Source: Lingula anatina
Taxonomy: Eukaryota > Animalia > Brachiopoda
NCBI GenBank assembly: GCA_051362555.1
Contig: CM120641.1
Span: forward strand, 14,694,001-14,758,000
Direction of reading: 5' to 3'
DNA length: 64,000 nucleotides
Part shown: one piece after another, positions 13,042-27,900 of the stretch
Position numbering within the stretch: the first letter of the stretch is position 1
Layout: each line of letters opens with the position of its first letter
Translations under genes and position numbers: made by a program
Notes under the pieces: generated by a model
Told to the model about the DNA's origin: nothing
Database searches by the model: none
Seen by the model: the letters and a program-made list of their open reading frames with translations, nothing else

Positions 13042-16000
13042 TATGTACAGACACAGATGTGTCTGTACATATAGCCATCATCTGCGTCTGTCGCCGCCGT
13101 CGCTGTCGTCGCCGTCGTCGCCGTCGCCGTGCACTTTTACCGATAACACGATAAGTGGAAAACCATTTTGCCTTTTGATTTGAAACTTGCAGAACTGATG
13201 AATATTCATAATACGCAGGTCAAGTTCGAAAATCAGCATGATCGGGTCACTCTTAGGGAATTTATGCTGTTTTTTCACTTTTTTCAACATATATGCAGCA
13301 CCGATAACATGATAAGTGGAAAACCATTGTACCTTTTGACTTGAAACTTACAGAACTGATGAATATTCATAATATGCAGGTCAAGTTCGAAAATCGGCAT
13401 GATTGGGCCATTTTTAGGGAATTTATGCTGTTTTTTTCACTTTTTCAGCATATATGCAGCACCGATAACACAGTAAGTGGAAAACCATTTTACCTTTTGG
13501 CTTGAAACTTACAGAACTGATGAAAATTCTTAATACGCAGGTCAAGTTCGAAAATCAGCATGATTGGGCCATTTTTTGGGGAATTTATGCTGTTTTTTCA
13601 CTTTTCAATATAAATGCAACACTGATAACACAATATAAGAAAAACGGATTGGCCAATTGGCATTATATTCACAGGAGTGGTCAATCTTACTAAAATGCAG
13701 GTTGAGTTCGAAAATCAGCATAATCGGGCCATTATTTTAGAAGTTATACTGTTTTTTTCACATTTCCTCAGATTCAATTATTAGGCATGTTAACAGTCTC
13801 ATTATTGAACTAATTAGATGCGTAAAAGTGTTTGTTTGATATTTCCTGCATCTTTACAACATTGTTAGTTGATTATGTAAAAAAACATGGTAAACTTGTT
13901 ATCATGTATTGTGTAATAAAGTGTCAAAAATGGAAATAAACTCATATCATTGCAGTTTGTCAGATTCAATCATCCACTATGTTCAGAATCTCAGAATGGA
14001 GGAAATTGGACATTTAACACTGTTCTATTGATACTTTTCCCATCTCATCAATTTTCTTAGTTGGTCATATAAAAATGGCAGTAAAATGTTTATTTTGTTT
14101 TATGTTAAAAAAGTGTTAAAAATGGAAATAGACCCATTTCAGGACAGTGCTGTCTTGTTTACATTTTGGCATTTTCAAGATGTGACTTTGAAGTTCCATG
14201 GGCCTGAAGACCTTTGCTTGTCATGTTTTCTGAATGTCCATGTTACTAATATTTTATTAATAACATTTGATGGTTATTATGCTGTTAAACATTATGTAAC
14301 GTTGCATCAAAATTTGAAGAAACCCCTATTTAGGGCACTGCTCCAATGATGACCATTTAAGGGAAAACATGTCACTTGCTGTTCTCAAACTTACAAGAAA
14401 GAAACATGGGTCTAACATACAGCCTCAGTAGGCAATGCAGTCTGTTTGGTAAATTTTTCTGGCAATTTAACAGTTTTTTGTGAAAATTTAATTTTTCACT
14501 TATTGACATTTTCAAGGTGCGACTTAGAACCTCCACGGGCTTGAAGACCCTTGCTAGTCACGTTTTCTGAAAATCCATGACACGTATATTTTATCATTTA
14601 AAATTGATGGTCATTATGCTGTTAAGCATTATGTAATGTTGCATCAAAATAGAAGAAAACACAATATTTGGTGCTGCTGCCATGATGACCATTATGGGAA
14701 AACGGTGTTACTTATTACTGTCAAACTTTCAAAAAAGAAACACAGGACTAAAATGCAGCCCGAGTTGGAAAAGCAGTCTAATTGGCTTCTTTTTCTGGAA
14801 GTTATACACTTAGTGAAATATTCATTATCTTTTTGGCATATTCATTGTGGGACTCAGAGCTCCCATGGACATGAAGCCTAATGGTAATCAAATTTTCTAC
14901 ATGTCCATGCTATTTATAGTCAATAATCAAAAATTGGTGATAATTATTCTATAATTTATTATGTAATGTTACATCAAAATTGACAATAATCTTTTTGCAC
15001 TGCTACTGCAAACATTATGAAAAGAAAACTGTGTTACTTATTATTATATTTAACTTATAAGTACGATTTTTAGGATTGGCATGCAGTTCAAATTAGAAAG
15101 CCAGGTCAATTGGGTCATCATTTTTATTAAATTTATGCATTTTTTGTGAAATTTTCATTTTTCTCATTCTGGCACTTTCTAATTGAAAACTTGAACTCTG
15201 ATGGGCCTGGAGCCTTATGCTTTTACTTTCATCAGCGTTACCTGTTGTGCATAATTAAAATTTTATGTTGACTGTGCAGTTAAACATAATGTATTATTGC
15301 ATCAGAATTGGGCAGTCTCCTGTTTTTGTGCATTATTGTTTTCTGCTTTTCTTAAGGTGTGACTTATGGGCCTGAAGACCTTTGATAGACAAATTTGTGT
15401 GGTCAGTCTGTTAATTCCCCTTGGGTATTCACAAGGCTAATTTCAGTGCTATAAACTCATTTACCTAATTAAGTAGCCATTAATTGAAATTTCATAAAGC
15501 ACACTTGTTGATATTTCCCTGTTAAGCTCTCTGCTAGATGACATAGTGTCCATAATAAGGAAGCAGTGAATAACAGCTTCATTAGAATTATATTTTTGTT
15601 GTTTCTATTTAATTTTTTCTCCAACACTGGCATTTTTAAGATGTGATTTTTAACTCCCATCCACCTGAGGCTGTGCACATTTTCAGTATTTCCACATAAG
15701 CAGCTGTATTGGTATTTATGTCTTTAAACACGATGTAATATTATTTTATGCACTGTCATCATTTTTCATATATAGGGACTTTCATCATGTGAATTTTAAC
15801 TCTCATGGTCCTGACATTGTAATCTTATTGAAAGGGTGGATTAAGACCATCTTCTGGGTCTCCTAGAAGACAGTCAGATTTTACAGTTTATATTAACGGG
15901 TTTCTGTTGGAAGACTATCAAAATGGAGGATGGATCAACAAAGATACTTTGGAATACTGTCAGAAAATATCTCTGAATCTGCTCCTGTTATTGACCATGT

Positions 16001-16146
16001 TACCTGTTGTGCATGATTAAAAATCAGTGTTGACTGACTGTGCTATTATAAGCATTTATTATTGCATCAAAATTGACATAATGACCTATTTTGCATCTTT
16101 TTTTTCTGTTTTTTGTCTGTACATTTGACAGCTTTGCTGCCTTGTT
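13042..16146 (+). mobile_element. Non-autonomous Helentron/HINE (DINE-1-like) element with internal tandem array
   Basis: 5' palindrome TATGTACAGACAC-agat-GTGTCTGTACATA (13042-13071) follows a T-run, then a (GTC/GCC)n microsatellite (~13085-13130). Core repeats of ~161 bp start at about 13140, 13301, 13462 and 13622, followed by degenerate ~335-bp units. The 3' end has subTIR TGTCTGTACAT (16114-16124), hairpin GACAGC-ttt-GCTGCC and TTGTT. Confidence 0.8.
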
Positions 16147-16488
16147 ATAATTTTTCATTGCTGAGTGATTTCAACAGTGTCAATCTTTTCTTTCTTTTTT
16201 TGCTTTACAAAAATTACTCTTAGACTAAAAGAACTAATTTTCCTTCATAATTGTAAAGTTAGAACAGTTCAAAATCATAAAAGCAAAGAGATAGTAAGCA
16301 AACCATGTCACTGATGTAAATGATTAACCCACCAGTCTATAGTACAATTAACTACATTTTATTGTCAAAGTTCAAACTCCAATCACTTTCTATGATGTGA
16401 TTTATACAAAGGCAATGGTTTTGTCTTTCTCATATGACTCCTTTCAGCTACAGGAATAGCAGGTGCTTGTTAAGAAATGACAGGCCAT

Positions 16489-19400
16489 TCACTCTTGTTT
16501 TGCACGTTTAGCTTCAACTGGTGTTACTGGCTCCTCCATCTCTCTTTTTACTCCAACAGGTGTCTCTTCTTGATTGCTGCAATGTAAATGTTGCACTCAA
16601 AAGGCTTAAAAGAAATATAAGAAATATACAGTGTCAGGCTTAGAGAAAAATGAATACACCTGGCAAATTCTGGATGTTGTAAGAAATAGGAGACTGTTGG
16701 AGCAAAAACTTATTCACACTGAACGCATGTTTGGGTAAGTCATTGTGGTGTAAAAATAATGCTCTCTTACATCAATTTCCTTATATGTGCAACCCCCCCT
16801 AGCATTTCTCAACCCTTTGAATTTTACAGAATTTCACAATGTGCAATATTTTCAGCAAATAACTTTGCTTTACTTAAAAAACTTATAAATGTAAGTAAGC
16901 TTTCAATACTGTTCTAAAGAATGTTTTGCCATAGACAATTATTTTGACCTTGGAAATTAAAATTTTTTCCAGTTACAAGAGGATTAGTTTTCAAGTAATT
17001 GCTGATAAACTTTGATAAATTACCCTTCATCCTCACTGTCACTATCACTGCCTGCACCTGGGTGCTCTTCCATTACAGTTTTATCTTCTTTAACTGGCTC
17101 CACTGGTTTTTGTGATGGGCTTTCTGGAGGAGCCAAATTTTGCTGCTGCTTTGGTGGTGGTCTTCTAAGCTCTGCGGGTCTTTGGTACATCTGCATTAAA
17201 AAATACAAATAATATCAAATAGCAAAAGAAACAAAAAATTTAATTTAAAAAAGATTAATTATAAAAATAACTAAATCAATAAATTGCTGTAAGGGGTGAA
17301 TGTACAAAAAAACTTTATAATGTAGAGAAGTTATCAACGAAAGGACAAAAATGGACCCCCTCTGCAATTTTCTGAACCCAGAAAAATATTTACCCCTCTT
17401 TGCTGCATGATCACCTCCACTTTAGTACGGTAGAATTCATAAACAAAGTTGGCCATGTGAGGCATGTCATCTAACACAACTGGTGGTTCTTGTGGAGGAG
17501 CATTGACCTATGAAACAAAAAGATTGGAGAAATGAGCTAAAAGTTCTTTTTACTTTTGAAAAGAAACTGGTCATTAAATAAATGATACTTTACTGATGTT
17601 TTTGCATATTAGTGAGATTAACAATTTTAGGTGTCTTTTAAGAATTAATTTCCGTATTAACAACTCACTGGTCTAGCAGGTGGATAAACTTCATGTGGTG
17701 CAAGATGCAGCTTCACTGGTCTTGCAGTCAACTAAAAAAGATTGAAACCATACAATCCACTCTGTCACATACTGAAAAGGTGACACCCATAAAAATTGTG
17801 ATATGACAAATTTTCTTATTTTACTAATTATTTTATGAATTAAAATTCATAAAACTGGTCACAAAATTGTGCCAAAAAAACTGAAGAACCTTAAATTCAC
17901 AGACAAATTTTTGAGTAATTTGATTTTTATTGTCCACAGATAGGAAATACCAATTGACTTTCCACTAAAGCAAGCTTTAATTAACACACTGTAAATTCAC
18001 CCTCACCTGATTAAAAGCTGGAGTGAGCTCAAAGCAATTCTGAAACAGGGACGTCCTAGCAAAGATGTAAAGCCCTAGCCTGGCCCTGGACATGGCTACC
18101 ACCAGTCGCCTGACATCTCTGTAAGACAACAGCAGTAATGTTAGAGAAACTGGCGCTAGTAAAAGACATACACAACCTCAATTGGTGTGAAAATGTGGGC
18201 TTGGGTGTGCTTATGGAAAGTTAGCTCCAAGGTTACATGATTAAAAATAAGATTAATTTAAGAACCAAAGGCCATAAAGATTATGCTTTCAATAATTACT
18301 GTAGTACTAAATCACAGACAAACCTGAAATATCCTACAGCATTAGTCCTAACCAGTGACAACAAGATGTAGTCATTCTGCTGACCCTGATATCTGTCCAC
18401 TGTGGTCACCTGGGGAGATTAAAAAAAACTTCTATTTTACTGACCTGAATGATAAAATAGCTGCGTCTATTTAGTGTTTTTGTTGTCAAAGAGTGGTTTG
18501 AATGTCATTCCATTTAACACTATCAAAATTTGACTGTTGATTTTCAATTTAGTATACATAAGAGAGCCCAGAGTAATGATCCTGAATTACACTAGTTGAA
18601 TGTTATTGCCAATAAAATGTTTCTACCTTAAAAGGTCTCCCAATAAGTGGGTTGTTACCACATCTCTGAGCTATGACGTCTCTGATCAGATTCTTCTGTC
18701 CATTGTATGTGGTTAAAATTGAGATCTTCTGTGCTGGATAGCCTAGTAGACGCATGTACATGAACACAGCCACAACATATTCAGCCTCAGCCAAATTCTG
18801 AAGAGGAAAATGAGAAAATAATTGCAATGATTTATGTCTTCTATTACTATACTACATAAAAATAAGTGTGGTGCATTTTGGACTTAAATAACAACTTGTC
18901 TTGTTTAACATTTGTCCATTTTTTCTTGGACATACTTCCTTTGGATGGTACATCTTTTTAACAATCTTTATTTCCATATACTTGAGCATAGCCTCACTTC
19001 CATATTGGAACTAACCTGATAGAAATATGGTGTTGGTTCAGACTCTCCAACTCCATTGAAATCTCCAACATCAATGAGTTGGAAGTCGAAGAAAAATCCA
19101 GGATTTGCTGTCCTAAACTCTGGCCATAAGCTGACATGAGACAGGTTGCCCAGTTTTTTGTACCTCCAGTTGTAAAGGTTACAGAGGCTGCAATAAAATA
19201 GCATTTTTTTCAGTGTGAAACATTAAAAATTTGTTTCAAATATTTGCATAAAATACACAGATGGGAGGTTTAGTGTATTCCTTTTATTTCTTTACCACCA
19301 AAAGAACATATGCAGCCTGCATTTACCTTCTCCATGTCACAATCAATATTAAATCATAGTTTGATGTTGTCAAACTTTTAAGAGAGCTCTTTCATAAATG

Positions 19401-22400
19401 TGTAATAACAACATTATAATACCTAGGTCTTGCTCTCCCTTGTGCATCCAAGTCAACAGTGGGCACACCAAGACGCACAAATCTGGTGAACAGCGACTGC
19501 TCCATGTTTGAGTATTTTTGGAATGCCATGTTCTTGATAACTGGAGGCAGCTGATGGTGATCACCTATCATTATCCAGCGCTTTAGACGGTTCAAGTTGT
19601 CACGAGGATTCTGAAAAAAAAGTTGTGTATATTAGATTTATACACGTACATTATATCAAATTAAATACATAACATCATTCTTTGGATAAATACTGCTTTT
19701 ACTGTAAATATTCACAAAAATTGTGTATTTTAATCAATTATACTCCCATCCACACTTTTAAAAATATGGAGTCACCTTATGGAAACTGTATAAGTCAATT
19801 ACATACCTGTAGTAATAATGGAATAAATGTCTCAATTTCAAGAATTTGTGCACTTTCCTCCATCAAGATGTTGTCATACTGAAAATACGGATAAAGAAAC
19901 ATAGGAAAGGAATTCTTAAAATTGAGTTAGTGCCTGTTAAGTTTCACATTTTTAATGCTGTCTTTCCTTAATTTTTAAACAATCCTGTCCTAATTTTGGT
20001 GACATTATCAGTTCAGCCTCCATATATTACATACCTCAAAACCAAGATCCACCAAATCTCTCCTCTTGAGTGCTGCATGTGTACAAGTCATAGCTATGAT
20101 CTTGGCCTCCTTAACCAGTAGGTACTTGGACCTATCTGAGCCACTTCTGAGAAGTTCAAATGCACGGAATTCCTAAAACAGGAGAAATTAAATGTTTTAC
20201 TGTTGATACTTTACTTAAATCTATGAAATGCAAAACAAAAATTTCTCAACTTCTGACAAATTCTATGTTAATGTTAGAAGTCAGGAGTGCAATAACCAGA
20301 GAGTATATCTGATTTAAAGCCAAACACAAATCTTCCAGCTTCTCCTTCAAAAAAAGTTTTAACAGAACAAACCAATGCATCACTGCTGCATACCTCTAAC
20401 TGTGTAAATATCCTCTTGACATGCCTAAAGCAACCCTCTGCAATATCCAAGTCCTCTGCATAGGACTGCCCCTTGAACACAGGCTGTGGAGCATTCTCAA
20501 AGAATTTGGTGAAGGGAAACAGCTCAGCTATCTTCTCTACTGCTTCTGCCTATTGTTAGAAATAAAAACAATGCTCTCACATGTTGAACCTATTTTTCTA
20601 TTTCATGTAGCCCATGGCTAAAAGCTTTTATGCTGCTTCTGACAACTTTAAATGCTACATGTGAATGCAACAAAAGAGATTTTGAAATAAACTTTTATTG
20701 ACAATTTTTTAAAGTGATCAAACAGTAAATCAACTTTATTGTGAATATGGCATGTAACCTCAAAACTTCTCCATATTTTTCACAACTATCTTAATCCATG
20801 AAATATCACTATCAGGCAGTAGTCCTTACCTGGCCTGGTTTCACTTTTACCTTGCTCAAAAATTCTTCCCATCTGGCCAAAACCTGGTGATACAAAGAAC
20901 CATTTTGATAAGCATATAATATCCTACAGGATGAGCAATAATGTTCAGAAACAATATGACAAAAACATGAAGGCAGATTATTTATAAATCGAATCAAAAT
21001 ATTTTCAGTAATGATTATCCTTTGCAGCATCACATTAATAATGCTGGATAAGCTACATATTTGTAGAATGCTTTTTAATAATATGATGTTCTTCTTCATA
21101 CTGGAATGATTTGAAATGATTTCATCTCAATTTCCAGCCTTGTTCGTGCTGTACAATGACAGTTCATCCACCATTTCTGAATGGCCTCTATAATGTATAC
21201 AGTATCCAATTCGAGTTAGTTTCATGTATACCTGGTATAAGTAAAAGTAACTGGCAGTCTCACAAGTGTAGGCTACATCTCCTGGTACTCCTAAGCTTTC
21301 TTGGAGTCTTCCAACCTCTTCCAGTAGCTCCAAACGCTGGGCGAGCACATAATTCACTCTTCCATATCTGGGCAAGTAGTACATAAATACAATACAGATT
21401 ATATCTACATTACATATTTGAACAACAAGTACAATAGAGACAACTATGTCTACATAAACTTGCTTATCCGTCAGTCCCATAAAGTATTCTATGATTTTCT
21501 GATAGCAGACACTAAATAAAAACCAAAACCAAGTTTTCTTTTTTAGGCAAATTATAGCACTGGTTTTATCAAGAATCTTCTCACCAAGAGTTGTCAAAAT
21601 CTGCTGTAAATTTTGTGCACAGGCAAATGAAATGAAGTGGTGATTTAACATCAATATTTCGATATTAAGGTACCTGCTGAAATCTTTCTCTGTCTCCAGT
21701 GCCTCTTCACCATGTCCCATACGCAGCAGATGGCGTTCATCTACATCCAGTGCCATAATCTTTTCAAACAGCTGGTTCAATGCCTGGGAACAAAGAAATA
21801 ATTTCATGCAGTGAACATTAAAAAATACTGTCATATACTTTTAAAGACTGGTTCAATGCCAGTAAGCAGGTAATAATTATATCATTTATATTACATCATT
21901 ATAACATTTACATTACATCATTATATCATTTACTGGGGTAGCGCTAACACTCGCCAATTTAGCCATATGCTAAAACTGACTTAAATTGGCTAGTCATTTG
22001 GATAACAAATTGACAAAAGTGTGGTTATTTGACTAAGTGTAAAAAAATTGCTAGCGCTACCCCAGATTTATATTACATCATCAGAATAAGATTTACACCA
22101 GAAAATAGCTATCAGCCAGTGCCTAGAATGACTATTTCTGGGGCATGGTTAATAATACAGCAGTGTTTTAAATTATGCTGTTAAATGATCAAAAACTATA
22201 ATCAAAAGATGTATTCTGCAGTCTAGGACAAAGTGTGTGATGTCATTTCATTGTGTGAGTAAGCAAGTGACTTTCAGATAGCTTTCAAAAAGAATGTATG
22301 AATCTATATAGTGGAATCTTTATGTATCAAGTTTTCACACACCATTTATCAGTTAAAACTTCATCAAAAGAACCTTTATTTTGTGATATTTAAAATATTA

Positions 22401-24868
22401 TCATTACCTGATTGGAATGTGTGACAATGAGAGTTCTTTGATTAGGGAAGTTATGATACAGATTGGAAATTATCTGCACAGCAACATCCGTCTTTCCTGT
22501 ACCTGGAGGACCCACGACCTAAAATAAAGGAAAGTTTAAACATTTTTTAAAACAAAAATAAAACATATTCTATATAATGTTTTCAAATGTGATTATTATA
22601 TACCATTTAAGAATTAAATCTATGATAAAGATATAATATTAAATAATATAAACTAAATTAACTCAATATGAGACAAAATTTGACTAACTGAATTAATCTC
22701 CAGTAACACATAATAGTTCCTTACCATGGTCAGTCCAGGCTGCATCCCAGCTTTGATAGCCTCCACCTGTGTGGGAGTAAACTGGATGGCATTTCTGTCA
22801 AAAACAATAAGCAATAATTATATCAGCCAGTTTTTACACATATACTCTATACCTATATCCTCCATAACCTTATGGCTATAATGTGGGTACTTGAATAAAT
22901 GATTCCTGACAAAAACAAACTATCCTCCTTTTGGTCCAGCAGACATTAGAAAAGTGTAAATGCAACACAATATTACACTGAGTTCTTTTTAGCATTCATG
23001 CTTATGTACGTGCTAATAAAAATATATGGCTAATTTCAGTGTAAAAACACAATTAAGTATACAAAGAAAATATGAAAAAAATTATGTAATTAATAAATCT
23101 ATAAACACTCAACTTAAAATTATATGCAAAGTGTACACTTCTCTTGTTTGAGAACATTTACCTCTTAGGCTGACTATAAGGGTAAGGACCTCTGTTGGGA
23201 ATAACATGGGGTTCAACCAGTATTGTATTCTCTGGAACCTCCTCCTCTTCGTCTGCTTTCTTCTTTCCAGAGTTAGATGGGAAGGTTAGTCTAAAATACA
23301 CATTTACGGACATGTCAACTCGGCTTGATGTAGATTAAACACTCAATACTTAAACCATGTACAAATGAGTCAAGCAATGTAACACTGTTACTGTACATAT
23401 TTATATATGTTTCTGTGCCAATAACAATCAAATTACATATAAAATAATAATACCTGAAAGGAGGCACAAGTTTGGCTGGATCTGTCACCTTAGGCTTTAA
23501 AGTCCAGCCAGGGAAACATGACACCAAGTGGTCATAGTTCAGAAAAGTATCATTCCAGTCCAAACTGCTGATAAAATTTGGCATCCTGAAAAAGGATTAT
23601 GTAGTATGGAGATCAGAGTATTTTTGTTATGCAAACCAATATCCATTTGTCTTTTGCTTCACACTAAAAAATAAAATAAATTTTGAAAAGGGGGTATGCA
23701 ATCAACAAAATATTTTTGCAATACCTTAAAACTGTTTGTTGCTCAAACAAGATGTTATGAAATATGAAGAAAATAAATCATACTTTATCACAAGGCACAT
23801 TTAAGCATAGATTACTAAGTATGCTGTAAATTCTAGATGAGGAGTTAAAAACTGTAGCAAAACAATTGACAGAACTGAACAGAAACTAAGTTTATTGAAA
23901 TCCTGATAAACATTCACATACACAAATGCACACATACTGACATACAAACTGTGCAATCAGTATCCATGTAAACAGGCAATATGTGTATATGCATGTGTAG
24001 ATAAGTAAATATATTTTATTCAATATTCCCTCACTTTGAGTAATGTGCTGCACCAGGGTCCCCATAGCCCAGAATAATGTCGTGTAGCCAGTCAGGTACC
24101 ACACACTGGGTGTTCATCAGGTCTCTTATAGTTTCCAGAACAGCTTTGAAATTATTCTCCTTTGGTCTCCTCCTCATCATGATGTTAAAGGTCTCATAAA
24201 CATCCTGTGAAATAAAGGAAAGAAATATATATATGTACATGTGATTCATATAATTCCACTGGTATATGCATATACAACTCTGTCTCAGCCACTAATGTTT
24301 ATCAATCTGTATGTTGCCCATGTCTTAATGAAAGAAGTGATTTGGAAATAAATGTGGTTTGGCATAGGGATGTTGTTTGCAACAGTACTTTAGACACTGC
24401 CTCAAGAAATATGTTACTTACTCACCAATTTTAAACAACCATCATTCCAAATAATTTTTTTCCTATTCAAGTAACACATTTCTTCTAAAAATCATTTATA
24501 ACATAAATCTATATCACTATTCAGAATTTTGAAATTGAAGTCTTAAGTAATTACATTCAAAACTTTACATTTTGGGAAATATAACTGATATAATTAAAAT
24601 GTAGATATTAAGTGAGAAATTGCTGTAATATCCTTACCTCTTTGCCTTCCACAGTTTCTGCCATATCTGTCTGGTACTGGTTAGGGTCCAGCCACACTCT
24701 GTATGTCCTGGTGTCTCCTGGCAAGTCGGGCTTTGGTTCTGGACCTAAAATAACAAGGGATTGTACTTCACAATAACACTGCAATATAAACAATGGCAAA
24801 CGCAGGTATAGTTGAAATGGAGTTACACAGAGAAACATCATAATACAACCAAGCTATATTGCTTAAGC

Positions 24869-24916
<48 letters not shown>

Positions 24917-27900
24917 CTGGTCACATAAAACTGCTGATAAAAATTTCAAATTAAAACGTTCTCATCTTCATTCAGGCCAAATCACTCATTACTTAATGTA
25001 ATGTGCACCTATACACTACCATCCACTTTTGTAATCACATTACACAGCAGCAGTTTCAACATATACTCTACTTACCCTCCTCAATTACTTTTCCATCTAC
25101 ATCCAGCAAGCCCTCAATTTCACATCCTCTGACATAGGTTAGTCCAACTTGTGGTATAAAGGGCTCTTTGTGGTTGTATCTCTTCCCATAGCCATGCAGA
25201 GGACGTACTGTCACCAGGAATGCCACATCATGTTTTCGCAGATCTGCAATTAGAATTAATGCATTAGACTAGAGCTTATTTTAAAAACGGTGTGTTACCA
25301 CATCCAATGAAACTTACTGAGCAATATTTAAGGGAAAATCAGTCTTGTTGTTTCCAAAAACAGCAGGTTCTTAAGAAAAAAGTAATAGGAAAATCAATTA
25401 ATAGACTGGACATAATGGACAGAACAGAGGCAGAGACTGAGATTTCCTTACTTTCCCATTCATTTTTGATTTCTGGTCTGACACTCAGATGCAGAGTGAT
25501 GTCTGCCCTAACCCTGGCCGGGTGGTTCTCTCCCAGATTGGGCTTAGCAACCTGTTACCAAATAATGCAGTCATAAGTTATAGATTCACAAATGGTCATT
25601 AACTTTAACAAGAAAGCAGTATCTTGTACGTTTTTCAGTTGTGAAAGCAAAGGCTCGAAATCATTTGCATTATTTAATTAATGAAACAACCAATAATGCA
25701 AAGACAATCAATACGGCATTAAATTCTTACCTCTACCACACTGAAGGAGACAATGGGCTGAGCCATTCTAGCCCAGCCATTGAATAAAGTAGTGACATCT
25801 TCTGCCTTCCAGGGCTGCATCTTGCTCACAGACTCTTCCACATCCTGACGTATCTCATCTGAAAAAAAACATCAGTCATCTTGAGAAATGAACCAAATTT
25901 AAATGACGAAACACACACATTTACATCATCTATCTTAATTGATAACAAATAATTATCCAATCTGAAAGAAATGCCACTTACATGTTGATTCCAGTCGGAA
26001 AAGGTGGAAATTTCTCAACAAGTAGTCATGTAAGGTGAGAAATTGTAGGTTTAGTTTGGGGAGGGCTAAACAACCTGTAAAACAAAATACATCAAATTAA
26101 GATTACACTGGAGGGTGATTGGACCAAAATCGTTGAGATTCAACAAATGAAATCATAAGTTAGTTTTTAATATTATGGCATTTTACCACCCTGAGCTTCA
26201 GAGATAACTTGACACTAAATCCAGACCAATCAAAGATAAGGCTGAATATCAGGGACTTGCCGTAACCTGTGGGCAGCACGCAAAATACATTAACCCTCAG
26301 TAGATAACGATGCAGGGCCTCAAACTGCTCTGGTTTCAATTCCGATATACTCATATTTTGCAAAGAATCAAGAGATAACTTAACATTATTTTACGTAGTC
26401 ACTCGTAGGAGACGCCATGCTTTCTTTGTGTACGGTTATGCACTCGGAACTACTCGGATGTCTCCGCACTCAACAATAACTTTGTTGTTAGTATGGAGCT
26501 TGCGGAATCAGCCGAGGATTGCCGATTGACGGTCAACCAATCAGTGTTTTCACCAAACTTTGGTGAAAATTATTGAAGCTTGGATTTGATTGGCTTATAT
26601 AAACTAGGTCAAACTATTTTCGTCAGAGGTAACTTGACACGATAAAGATAGGCTATTGTGAAGAGGTTAGTGTCAAGTTATCTCTGAAGCTCAGGGTGCA
26701 TTTTACTGAAACTGTACAAAATTTCAATCCTCACCTTCTCCAGAAAAATATGCAGTGGGGACAACATTTTCATCCCATATAACTTCTTCTGTGGGATACA
26801 AAGGCATGTCATTCAATGCCTCTAGTTGAGACTGTCTTCTCATATTTCTTGACACCTAATTAAATAAAAAAAAACTTGTAAAAATAGGACATGCTTTAAC
26901 TGACAGAATAATTATCGATAGTTTTTTTCATTAATTCGGTGTCTTGACTGTTGATGTTTACTAGGCTTTTAAATTTTCAGGAATAATTAGGTGTGTAGTC
27001 TAGGCAACTTCATTGTCAAACTTTGGCAGCCTCTGAAGCAGATTGTAGGCATTCTTCTAAAATAATATTTTTAATCAGTTCAAAAGTTCTATTTCTTACT
27101 TACCAAGATTTCTAAGAGAAACTCAGAGTTATATGCATTTCCTTTGTTCTCTTCTGGAGGTTCAACTAAATTGAGATATGAAGCAATCTTCTGGAGATCA
27201 AGATTGCTGTAAACCAAACAGATATTAAATAGCAAGTGCCATTACACACAGAAGACATTGCACAGGTGGTAAAGTCACAAAATACATCAAAACAATGTTT
27301 GAATTAGTTGAATGTCCTTAAGGAACACACAATTTTGATAATCAAATAAAATAGCATACACAAATATTACAGATGGATAACTAATAACTCAAATAAATAT
27401 CAAATAATCTAAAAAGTTATTCACAAACATGAGGCATTTTAACGCTCTGAAAAGAAAATTAGACATTTAAATAAGTTAGGGCATAATTTCCCACTCAGGT
27501 TTTTTTTACCTAAGTTCCCCAAAGTGCTTCAGCAGAGTTTCTCTTGTATCTACACTTCCAACATTGCTTACAGCAAATTTCCTCAGATCCTCTGGGTAAT
27601 ACTTAAATGCTGCTCTCTGCAAATAAATATTTCTATATTACTCATAACTCTTTCAATAGGCCAGACTAACTAACAATGATCAAATACCAGTATACACCAA
27701 ACAGGTATTAACTTTTCACATAATAAAATATAGTAGATACTGAAAATGACCTTTCACTCGACTATTTTAATTATATTTTTAATTTTTCTACTTTGTTTAA
27801 CGTCGAAAACAATTTACAATTCTATACTATCTACAACTTTATTTTTCACTTGAATTCAAAATGTATCTAAAAATCTGTCTTGTTTTCTAAAATGAGGAAA

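Noticed and set aside
21127-21834. 235-aa ORF (and the 163-aa ORF at 28537-29028) as single long exons
   Set aside because: Each is two AQR exons joined by an intron that happens to lack in-frame stops; GT-AG sites delimit the conserved peptides.
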